From the NCBI RefSeq assembly GCF_000143415.4, contig NW_003314331.1, forward strand, positions 103,222-167,221: 64,000 bases of DNA, in the 5' to 3' direction. This DNA is from Selaginella moellendorffii (taxonomy: Eukaryota > Plantae > Lycopodiophyta). Position 1 is the first letter of the stretch; each line of letters opens with the position of its first letter. The notes beneath the pieces were generated by a model. The model made no database searches and was not told where the DNA came from. It saw nothing but the letters and a program-made list of their open reading frames with translations. A program made the translations under genes and the position numbers. Of the stretch, positions 12,115 to 22,807 are shown piece by piece.

Positions 12115-12504
12115 CACCAGTGGATTCCACTCATTTTTCATTTCTTTTTCTTGGGTGGGGAGCTTAGATCAACGTTTTAAGATAGTCCATTCTTTTCGGC
12201 GATTTGGAGGCCAGTGTAGAGAAAAGGCTAGACACAGACACTCACACTTGTTTTCTTGTCTATAAGAAAGTTTTGTTCTCATGAAAACTTGTATAGAAAA
12301 CGATCCAAAGCGCTTTGGAGCCAACATGTTTTGACACAAGATTTGGAATCGACAAACCAGCGGCAATTTCTGCTTAGTTGTAACCCAACATCAAATCAAT
12401 CAAACATCACCAAGAAAAATCTAAACAAAAGAATGAGTGAGTGACCCTCTGATTTGTCAAAAAATGGCGGCTCTGAGAATATTGCGTCAATCATGAGACC
12501 GGAT

Positions 12505-12580
12505 TGTCAATGGTCAAAGACCACGTGTCACCGACGTGGCCGAGTAGAAACGCTAGAGAACTCGTAAAAGTCAACCAGCC
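12505..12580. promoter_or_regulatory. Cluster of W-boxes and G-box/ABRE motifs upstream of peptide gene 2
   Basis: GGTCAA 12512-12517, CACGTG 12522-12527, ACGTGGC 12534-12540, AGTCAA 12569-12574; motif presence only. Confidence 0.45.
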
Positions 12581-12881
12581 GAGAACGGAAGTGTGTGTCG
12601 ATGGATTTCGAAGATCTCCACGCGACTATCAAGATCAAGCGGCCTGATCTCCAGACAGTCGAGTTTTCGATTATCCACAAAGCACTGCGCGGAGATTCCA
12701 GCCCGTGGTTCGCATCTCTATATAACACATGGGCTGCCTGTTTCCTCCCAGCGAAGTTTCTGGCTGGCTAGCGAGATATTCACCGCCATCATCAGGTTTG
12801 GAAAGTTCGGGCCGCAGCTTGAATCGTATAAATCCATGCTTCCACCCCGTGCTTTTGATTTCCAAGCCGAGGATCATGTAC

Positions 12882-13145
12882 ATGGCTTGTAGAAGAGCTG
12901 CAGGTGTTTTCGTGATCCTGGCGGCGATGGTTTTCCTGGATTGTTGCGGGGCATCGAGGCTTTTGATCGCTGGTGCTGGTGTTGGAGAGTTGTCACAAGG
13001 ATCATCAAGAGTCTCAAGCCCATCTTTGCATCTGGAGCAACACACGCTCCCAAAGAGAATACCAGTTCCTCCATCGGGTCCTTCTAGATGCCACAACAGT
13101 CTCTCGGCGCGATTCAAAGTTAAGCGTCCAGGGCCATGCCAGTGA
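12882..13145 (+). CDS. Secreted small signalling peptide precursor 2 (IDA-like core, two-Cys tail)
   Basis: 87 aa; signal peptide MACRRAAGVFVILAAMVFLDCCGASR; C-terminal LPKRIPVPPSGPSRCHNSLSARFKVKRPGPCQ*; TATAAA about 50 nt upstream; alternative ATG at 12876. Confidence 0.87.
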   Translation: MACRRAAGVFVILAAMVFLDCCGASRLLIAGAGVGELSQGSSRVSSPSLHLEQHTLPKRIPVPPSGPSRCHNSLSARFKVKRPGPCQ

Positions 13146-15115
13146 CGATCTCCAGTCTCTCACAAACTCTCACAAAAGAAAGCCATTCTTTCCATATTTT
13201 TAAATGTTAATATCAATTATAATTGTACTAAAGCATATACTTATGAATTATAAACACAACAAAGCTATAGTTGTCCTTTTTACTGTGAGATATATTTGAT
13301 TAAGCCCATAGTGGCGTATTAACTGTAATATGCCTGGTAGATGAGCGACAAGGCCATCTTTTCTAGCATTGTTATGCTCGCAAACCCCTTGGTTGGATGT
13401 CTCCAAAGTTTATAATTGCGTCGGGATCGCGAAACTCTCGCCCGGATAGGATCCACCCCTTCGTGCTTTTGATCTTCTCTCGACAGCCCAATGAAGTCTC
13501 GCATCGAGCACAAGCGATGCATGATCCACCGCTGTTCTTCTTTCTTTCTAACGAGAAGATTTTGTCTCGTCTCGGGGCCTGGGACATGGACGCTGCGAGC
13601 CTGGTACCATAATGATTTTAAGAAGCACATTAGTCCAAGCAAAGCTTCCCGACCTGGTCGTGACTGGCAGCAGCAATCCAGTGTGCCTGCCATTTAAGTC
13701 TGCGGTGTATAGAATAAGTGTACGTGCTGGCTGGATCTGTCCCGGCGCTGCACTCCAGAGTGAGTCATCACAATGTATGTAATCTAGCATTTTTTTCCTA
13801 GAGATAAGAACTTACATCCACTTGGAAGAGCTTCGCACGCAAAGCATATAACGCGAGGAGACACTCCAATGCCATCTGTGACCGTGTTGGAGTTGAACAC
13901 TTCAAAAGGTTGTGTTGGAAAAACCATCGAAATGCTACAGCAACATGACGGAAGGCTGGCGTTAAAACACAAACGAAACGACCAACAGACCGGCAGTAAA
14001 GCAAGGCGAAAAACCATAGAAAAGAGAAAACGAAAAGGGAGGAGATCAAAAGTCTAAAAGCAAGTGAAAAAAAAAAGGAAAAAAGAAGAGGAAGCGGTAC
14101 CCGTTTGGACAATGCCGGCTCCCGTACCGCACCAGTCGGTGATGTCCCACGCGCAGCGATCGATCTCAACTAAAAACAGTGAATCAACTCATTACCAGGC
14201 AATACTAAGCAGCCTAGAAACGAAAGACTTACCAGTTTCCGTGATGTGATGGAACATAAAACACCGACTGTCGTCGTCCACTGTTGAATCCTAGCAGTCA
14301 TAAAAGAATAAGTAGCAAAAGTCGGCTCGGCTTGGCTCTAAGAAAATTAAATCTGAAAAAAAAAGAAAAGAAAAAAGAGATGAAGAACCAAGACGAGTGG
14401 AAGGGTCATATAACTCTGAACGAAGCTTCACAAAAATGCACTTTTTTGTGAGATTGAACGAAGCTCTACAGTAGGATCCCCTCGCTTTTGCTGGACGCAC
14501 AGATACTATCCCTTGTGAAGTGGGCCGGGGAGGAGCTCCTTTCTTACAAAATCCCGTGTCCGATGATCCTGTGTCCAAACTCTCCTCGTTAGACAAATAA
14601 GCTTTCGAGTAAAAGGATAACTCACCTACTTCTCGCACCATACTTTACACTCCGTTTTCCCTCTCTTTCGGCTGAACAGCTTAATTTGGTCGCGTCTGAG
14701 TCGAGCAAGCGAAAGGGAAACCTGTGAGGCCGCGACTTGTGTTGATAGAAATCCACACATCTCCCCCCATCTCCATCACAGCTTTCTTTTCTCTTTGCTT
14801 GTTGCTTTCCTTCGCTCACTCGCAATCCCACCTCATCTTCCAGCCAGCGAGAGAGAGCCTCTGTCTGTCTCGGAAGTACTCGCAGCTAGCTACGCTTTCC
14901 TTCTTTGATTGATTGAGAGCTCTTCTCCGCGAGTGCGTGCTTGTTCACCGAAGTAAAGGTTCCCTCTTCCGTCTTGTGCAGCTTCCAAGCTTTCATGCAA
15001 TTATTTGCCACCGGCGCCACCACTTCTCGCTAGTCCCTGCTTCATTCTTTCTCGTTGCGTGTCGAGGCTACTCTGAAGATATTCTTGCTGCCCGGCATAT
15101 GATCGTATCACCACC

Positions 15116-15454
15116 ATGGAAGCAGCTACCGACAGAAAGAAGATGACGATCGTCGTGTTGAATTTCATCCTGCTGGGACTTCTCGCCGAGAATGCTTTGT
15201 GTGCCAGGTATGGAGTAGCAGGAATTCCAGCGGCTTCTCCCTCTGCCTCTGCTCTTTCCCATGTTCCGTCTAAGGTCCAGTCTCAATTCTTCACAGTTCC
15301 CGCAAAGAAAGAGGCCGATCCAGCATTGCTTTCCGAGCAGAGAATGATCCACAATATGCTTCCCCGAGTTCTCACCACTCCACCTTCTGGTCCCAGCAGA
15401 GGAGGAAACGATATCGGTCTACAGTCCACCACGGCCCAGGATAGTGCACCTTAA
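15116..15454 (+). CDS. Secreted small signalling peptide precursor 3 (IDA/PIP-like SGPS motif, no Cys tail)
   Basis: Signal peptide MTIVVLNFILLGLLAENALCAR; motif MLPRVLTTPPSGPSRGGN. Confidence 0.8.
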   Translation: MEAATDRKKMTIVVLNFILLGLLAENALCARYGVAGIPAASPSASALSHVPSKVQSQFFTVPAKKEADPALLSEQRMIHNMLPRVLTTPPSGPSRGGNDIGLQSTTAQDSAP

Positions 15455-16245
15455 GCAGCTAGAACCGGGATATATCTCCATGCATATAAAGGCAGCGAGT
15501 ATGATATCGAGTCACGTCCTCGGTTTGTCTCTGTCTTCGTAAATGATCGTCCGATGATGGTGATCAGTAGTACCGCGGGAAGATCCAGCAAGTTTCTCGA
15601 GGGACCCTTAGAAAAAGAGGGACAGCTGCTGCACCAGGAAAAATTTTGTAAGGAGGAGATTGAAGTTTTTTTTATCATAGCGAGCTTACTGTTAGCAGAG
15701 ATTGTTCATGTACATTTCCCAATGTCTTGGTTCTTTTTTTGATTCCTATCGTAAACCTGAAAAAAACACAAGTCAGACCAAAGCGTAGGTGGTAATCAGT
15801 GTAAAACACTGACCGTTCTCCATTCAAACAGCACCAACATGGGACTTTGATCACCAGTTTTTGTCTCCAATCCCGGCAGCACCCATCGCTGGCCGGATCT
15901 CTTTCGTAAAAGAAAGCCGCAGACTTTGAAAACTTAAGAACCTGTTTGAATAAAACACTGCAGAGCAGAATAAGAAGTTCAAGATCACATGCTTCACATG
16001 CATTCATAATGCACAAATCCATCACAGTCAAAGCTCAAATCCCCCGAAAAAAAGAAGAGAAACCAAAAGTTTTAGTTTGCAGTTAAGAAACTTGTAGTTA
16101 GCACCGAGCTAAAACCACAAAATTGCACGAAAACACGACCTCCTATAGCTTAGCGTTAAGAAAGCACGGGAATCTAGGTAGTTACACAACAGCATAGTGT
16201 ACATTACCAGCAGATCCAAACCCGTTATCAAGCTTTTATTAGCCT

Positions 16246-18194
16246 TCATACAGCAGCCGGTTGATGTGGTCGACCACCTCGTCGAAACTGTCCACCTCGG
16301 TAGCCACCTCTGTAGCCTCCCCGACCACGAGACCTCAAAAAAGCGTCCCCGAAAGTCTATCAATCAAAGAAACCGAGTGAGAACCCAAACCAAGCACTGA
16401 CACTCGACTAACCTCAGTGTTGATCTTACGTTGCTCTGAAAATCTGGGGCGCTCGGTACCACCCTCACGATCCAGAGTGTCACAGGAGAGAGAATCGAAA
16501 AAGTCATCCTTGACGTATACCGGCTGAATGCAAAGCTTTATCAGAAATGTGATCCATAATGTCAAAGCGTCATTCGTACCTTTTTCCCGTCCTCCGGTTT
16601 CTGCCAGTTCTCGCTCACAGGCTCGTCCTCTCCGTTCCTTGGTTCAACCTTTCCTCCAAGCTCACCCCAAACCTCGTCCTTGTTGAACTTTTCATTCATC
16701 GCCATGAAATCAAAGTCCTCCGTAAAGTTCGTACGTTGAGAAGGCTGTCCATGATATCAAAATAAATACCACAAGAAAGAAGAAAAGCTCGAGTAAACAT
16801 ACCCCACGACCCCTTCCGCCGCGCCTTCCATTTCCTCGCCAGTTATACCTTCCGTTGTACTCGTGCCTTGGACCATCGTGCCTCGGACCCTCGTGCCTCA
16901 AGTTCTCAGGCCTAGGTCCGTTGTTAGCCTGCCAAAACCACGTAAGTATGCCAAGACATTGACAAAACTCTACTCGCACCTGCTGCTCCTTGGAGTGAGA
17001 TGATGACTCTTGCAGAGAGTTTTCGGCAGGTTGTAACTTCGATGGCTCCACCCCTTCCACTGGCGGTTGCTCGAGTGGAGTGGGAGTGTTCTTCTTCAAC
17101 TCTTGAGAGGAATCCAATGGTGCCTGAGAAACAGACGGCAGCCGTGGGAGCTTGGCGATCGGTGTCAATATCGCCGTCATTCCAACCGAGGAAGTAGTCT
17201 CGCGGGGCTTCTCCGTCTCCGGCGGACCTGTTGGATGTGTCGAGCTCGGCTGACTAACTTGAGGCGGTGGCCGCTGGTCAGGAGGTAAGAGCGGCTGCGA
17301 TGGCAAATACGGTGGCTGCATTGCGTTTCCGCTAGGTGGTGGATAGTATCCCGGCCAGTAGAGTGCGTTTCCGACGGGCGGAGGCGGACGAGGACCCCAT
17401 GCACCCAAGCCGACTGCTGGCGGATATGACGAGCTGAGAAAACCCGGTGGCAGCAGCGCCTGTGAGTCACGCGGTGGTGGCATTCCCACTGGAGGATGGG
17501 GAATTGCTGGAGCGTGCGAGAACCCCGCTGGAACTTGAGGTGGTGGAACACCTCCGCTTGGAGGCTGTGGCATTCCTATCGGTGGAGCCATAATGGGTTG
17601 AGACATTCGTTGCGCTTTCTGGGGCTGCTGAGACTGAAAGAAAACAAAACTTGACAGCTTAGTACCTCGTATCATCACAGCATGGAAGTCTCACCTGAGC
17701 AATGATCGCCGGATCGTTGTAAGGCTGCGAATGGACCGCATGAGCTTGCGGAGAAGATTTCACCTGTAAATCCTGGAAAGGAAAGAGGCACAAAAAAAGA
17801 TAGAAACTAATCAGAGAGGAAACAATGAAACCACGGAAGAAATCCATACCTTGATGTCCGACCCACGAAAAATAATGTAGTCATAGACGCTATCCCTGGG
17901 AGGAATCTGCGGCCCTTCCTTCTTCCTCCCTTCGGTTCCATACGAACGAACTGGAAACAAAGCAAGAGCGCACGGATTCGTGAGCTCCCGAGCTCCAACC
18001 CTAGAGAAATATCGCCATAGCCTACCGTTTTGGAGCGCGATGTTGCAGTTCTCGGCGTCGATGGTGTAGAGCACGCCCTCGTAGCGGATGTCGCTCTTGG
18101 ATGTGAGGCTGATGAGGCTTCCAATGTAGGAATCGAAGTTGGCACTACCTTTGCTGCTGTCGCCCCCGGGCGCCACGGCGCTAGCGTCCCCCAT
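16246..18194 (-). CDS. DCP5: Decapping 5 / LSm14 (Scd6) P-body protein, multi-exon
   Basis: LSm14 domain [25 protein letters not shown]...[35 protein letters not shown]; Pro-rich linker; FDF ([21 protein letters not shown]), FFD ([13 protein letters not shown]), TFG box and RGG tail. Confidence 0.95.
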
Positions 18195-18455
18195 CCCGCG
18201 CACAAAGACGAAGAACCCTAGTGTTGCTTAACAGCTTAAATGCTACCTCTCAATGCGGTAAAAATTTCAAGGCAAAAAATAAAAACTATGTATAACGTAG
18301 AACTCTTCTTCGCGCTCGATGATGATTCTCTTCTCTACTGTTTCGGCGATTACACAGAGAAAACTATCAATAGCGTTTCTACCACTTGTACAGGAACTCT
18401 ACGCGAGTTCTTCCTCTTCTTGGAGCTCGCTCGAGTTCTTCTTTTTCTTCGAGCT

Positions 18456-20551
18456 CTAGGCGTGTTCTTCTTCTTCTTCTTCGAGCTCGCTACCGAAGTA
18501 AGTGTCGAGGAGGTGATTCGCCATGTTTCTCAGCTCATCGTTCTCGTGGAAGTGGAGCATCTCAATCGCCAGCATCCCATCGCAACCTTCCACGAGCTTT
18601 GTGCCGTTTTGGAGGCAGCGCATCACCTGTGAGGAGGAAGAACAAAGAGCTTCGTGTCAGCGAAGGAAGAAAATGGTTGATCCGCTTACCAGTTCCAGGA
18701 ACTGGAGGCCGAGTTTCGATCCCTCCGGGTCGGGCGACTTCACCAGATTGACGAACTCGGCAACACAGCCGGATTGGGCGAGCGCCGAGAGATGAGCGTG
18801 GATGGGCTGTGACGCTGTCTGTGCTGCTGTTGCTTCTTTCGGCATCACGCAGAGGTTTCCCAGCGCGTAGACGGCTTCCTTCTTCACGTCGAAGCTGGCT
18901 GTCGCGAGCAGATTCACCAGTGGACCACAGGCTACAGGGAAGACGTGCTCTTTGTGCTGCATGGATCCAGCAGCTAAGTTGGAGATCACCCACGCAGCTT
19001 CCTGTTTCGAGTGTGATGAGTTTTCATGAAAGAAGACCAAAAGTCTACCTTCTGCAACGCTCTATGATTCGTCTGTAAGCAGCGGACAAGCGCTCCAACA
19101 ACACCACCTGGAAGATATCTCTCGGTAAAAGCTCCTAGGATATAGAAAATATAATGTTACCAGGGACAGTGGAGCCAGCAGCAATCACGCCATCACTCAT
19201 CTTGTTGTCTCCACAAACTATGTTCCCAATAACTCGTAGCACCTAAAACAAGATAGTGAGAAAACAAGCGACCAAGACCAAAAACTAACTTACAGGGGTA
19301 AGAACTGTAAGCTGGTTGGATGTTGCCAGCCACTCCACGAGAGGTCGAAGCAAAGTAGCGTTAATCAGCTGCTTAGTATCAGCGAGAGCACTGATATAGA
19401 CGAGGACCCACGCCGTCTCTGCAACCAAATCTTCATCCCTGGAATATAAACAATCAAAAGTGTATCAAACCAAAAACTACGATCATCTTACTTTGAATGC
19501 AAGTGTTGAACGAGACCTGGCAGAATGCCATCGATGCTAAGCAAATCCGAAGCACCTTTCGTGCTTGGACCCTGCAAGGAGCGCATCAAAAACTCATCAG
19601 AACGAAGTCAAGCGTTACACTACCTTGATGAGATTTGACAGAGCCCAGCAAGCAGTTCGTGCGACAGACGTTTTTTGAGACAAGGCCAATCGAGCAAGCG
19701 GCCGAAGAGATCCTTGAGCAAGAAGTATTTTTCTTATCTCCTCGCTGTCACCGGCAAAGTTTCCCAGAGCCCATGCACACTGCTCCGCAACAAGAAGAGA
19801 GCTATTTTCTGGAAAGAAAAACGTCGTCATACACATAAAAAAAAAAAAAAAACAAAAACGCACATACCTCCAAGATGAGCAATGAGAAGAGGAACGGGCA
19901 TTAGCAAATCTTCTTGCTGCTGGACATCCTCTACAGCGATGTTTGTCAAACACCAAGAAGCTTCAAGCAGCTTGCAGAAAGAAGAAAAAAAATCTTAACA
20001 GCAAAAAAGAAGAAAAAGGTAGAGCACTTACCTGTTCTTCGCTTGATCCAAATTTCAGGCACTCCACAAGCACTGGGATGAGACCAGCTTCCACAGCAAC
20101 GCTCACTGGCGGCAAAGAGCTGCACGAAAGAAATCGCCTCACCTTCTTAAGAGCTTCTAGCTTCCGATTAGAAGCTCCCTTGGAGCTAAGCAGCTGCTAG
20201 CATTAGTCCCAAGCATTCCAAGCAAAAACTAAGAAACTTACATGTCTTGGCTAGCGCTGACTAGCTCCGCCACTGCCGATTTCACGTCATTCTCCAAGGC
20301 GATCCTCGAATCCTCGTCGCCCTCGCAGTACATTTCCATCCCATCCTCCACGTCTTGGCTCCTGCGCATTCGCTTGGCTCGCACGGCAGCATCCCGGCGC
20401 TCTTTGCTCAGCGCGACCGCCAATTTGCGCCGCCTCTGCCCAGCTCCACTCGCGACTGCTTGAACAATGAGGCGAGAGTGGAAATGGAGGAGATCGAGAT
20501 CTTACCCGATGGCTTGAAGTGATCGCGACGAGCGGGGCTCACAGCATCCAT
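18456..20551 (-). CDS. IMPA9: Importin subunit alpha, IMPA-9-like, multi-exon
   Basis: IBB-like N-terminus MDAVSPARRDHFKPS...GQRRRKLAVALSKERRDAAVRAKR; ARM repeats AEQCAWALGNFAGD, TACWALSNLIK, EAAWVISNLAAG, FDVKKEAVYALGN; C-terminus FHENDELRNMANHLLDTYFG. Confidence 0.9.
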
Positions 20552-20599
20552 CTTGCTCGCTTATTTAGGGTTTAAGAGGAATTCTAGGGTTCTTGTCAT

Positions 20600-21448
20600 T
20601 TAGGCGCCATTTACAAGCTCTTCGATTTCTTTCTCCGTGTCGCTGCCCTGCATTTGATCATAGTCGTCCAGATCTTGGTAGCACGCCAGAAGGATCTTTG
20701 CGATCTCGGTGTCGATGCAAGCTTCTTCCAGATCGGAGTCAGCTATGGATTCCAAATCGCCTGCGCGAAGCAAGAAATTGGTAAATTTTTGCTCTAGAGG
20801 TATGTTCCAGCACCTTGAGGCATTTGTGACTGTGTGAGAATGCCGCTAGCTTCCTGCGAAGAAATCTGTAAGCTGGATTGTTCTTCAGATTTCTAGTAAC
20901 GCTGTGGATTTTTTTCTTTATTTCTTGAGGAACTTATAGCTTACTGTTTGGAAATTATGCTACTTTTGTGAGAAACTTACTTGAGCTCGCTCTTCTTCAT
21001 CCAATTGTGGAGGATCCGTTCGAGCTTTTCTACCAAGAACAACTCCCACAGCTGCTGCAAGCTTTTCAGCGTGAACAGCATTACCAGTGTTTTGGACGAC
21101 GACTTCCAGCGCTTCCGCTGCTTTCGGAATGAGGTCAGTCGCTATACTATCACCCTCTTGCTTTTGATGATCGTTTCTCTCACTTCTGAGTTTGTTCTTC
21201 CCAGCACTGGTGCCGCTAGAATCGTCACCACTGCTGCTAAGCAAAGCACTACCATCACCATCGTCTACGTCCTCACCAGGTAACGAAACTACACTTTCTC
21301 TCGCATTCTCGTTCCCTAACGTTTGCTTGGTCAGGATCCCGGAGTTTTTCGCAATAAGTAGCTTCAACTGTGCCAGATCCAGCGCCTCCAAAGAATTACC
21401 AGCGGTCGAGAGCTTGTCCATTTCGCTCTTGGAGACGCCACAGCCCAT
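20600..21448 (-). CDS. Unknown protein with N-terminal myristoylation/palmitoylation motif (predicted 3 exons)
   Basis: Starts MGCGVSK; exon 1 21448-20981 ends at a GTAAGT donor; phase-consistent exons KSEEQSSLQ...MPQ|GDLESIADSDLEEAC...ELVNGA*. Downstream exon model is my inference. Confidence 0.55.
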
Positions 21449-22141
21449 CAGTTGCCAGCCGGGGTCATCGAGTCAGGTGTTCCAATCGATCAAATATTAC
21501 GAGGCTGGCACCAAAAGCGACCTCTCCTCTCTCTTTTCCTTAAAGACGGGGAGGAGGGAGTGACCATCAAAATTCATGGCGCACTGCTGTGAGGGACGAG
21601 GTCGGTGATTCCTACTCTCTCTGGTTTAACAAACTTCTTCCACCTTCACAGGCCCAAGCGGCTCTCACGTTTCACGCATGACTTCTGCAAGCACTGATCT
21701 GTTTCAGTTTGTTGAAAGAGACGTCATCGGGGCCGTCGGATGCCCGCCAACGGACGGCTGCTGTTCACGCAAAACTTAAGAAAAACGGGAGAGCAAGGCA
21801 GTTGTCACTCTCTTGGGACTCGCGGATCATCCAGGTGAGTGCGCAAAAAAGCGGGCAAAATTGTTTTGGGAGTCGTTTGTTTCTTGAAACGCTTGGTGGT
21901 GGTGATTTTCTCGCTTGGCGATTCGCGCTTGATTGATTGCGGGTATTCATTTTTCTCTTTTCTTCTTGCTGCTAGTACTTGGCTTCCATTTGCTCTGTAC
22001 TTTACTTTTTGTTGCACTGTGGTGCATTTGTTTTTTTCCTGTTGGATCTCTCGGAGTTAATGCTGCCAATTTCCAGCTCTCCTGCTCCAGAAGGCAGATT
22101 AAAAGCCGAGAAACCAAGGGGAGAAATCTACGCCCAGGTTC

Positions 22142-22807
22142 ATGTCAGATTTTGATATCCAAATTCCTGGCGCCTTCGGTGAGTGAGCCTTTTGCAGCGC
22201 TCTCAAACGATTTACTAACTATTCTCCATGCGGCAGACCCGTTCGCAGAAGCGAATGTTGATGACCAAGGAGCGGGGTCCAAAGAATACGTTCATGTTCG
22301 CATCCAGCAGAGGAATGGGCGCAAGAGCTTGACCACCGTCCAGGGCCTCAAGAAAGAGTTCAACTACAACAGGATACTCAAAGACTTCAAGCGAGTGAGA
22401 GCCCTTCTTTTCCTCTTTCCTTTTCGAGTGATCTACTTAAGAGCCTTCAAGTGAACTGGTTTTACTGTCTCAGGAATTTTGCTGTAACGGGACAGTTGTG
22501 GACGACACAGAGCTAGGACAGGTTTGTTTTTTTGCTTGTGTGTGGTTGCTGTTGCACGGATTCTGGCACTGAGAAGAAGTCGTACGTTTTGAATTTTTTC
22601 TCTCCTTTTTTTGCAGGTGATCCAGCTCCAGGGCGACCAGCGAAAAAATGTCTCCCAGTTCCTGGTACAGGTCTGTCTAGTAGCGTAGCAGTCCTATCGC
22701 TGAAAGTAATAAATTTTGTGCTGCTGAGAGCTTATAAGTTTCTCGACGTGGTTCCTTTTCAGGCTGGCGTTGCCAAGAAGGACCAGATCAAGATACATGG
22801 TTTCTAG
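22142..22807 (+). CDS. SUI1: Translation initiation factor eIF1 (SUI1), multi-exon
   Basis: MSDFDIQIPGAF|DPFAEAN...YVHVRIQQRNGRKSLTTVQGLKKEFNYNRILKDFK|EFCCNGTVVDDTELGQ|VIQLQGDQRKNVSQFLVQ|AGVAKKDQIKIHGF*. Confidence 0.97.

Noticed and set aside
14903-14925. tttgattgattgagagctct resembles miR159/319
   Set aside because: Several mismatches to the mature sequence and no convincing complementary arm nearby
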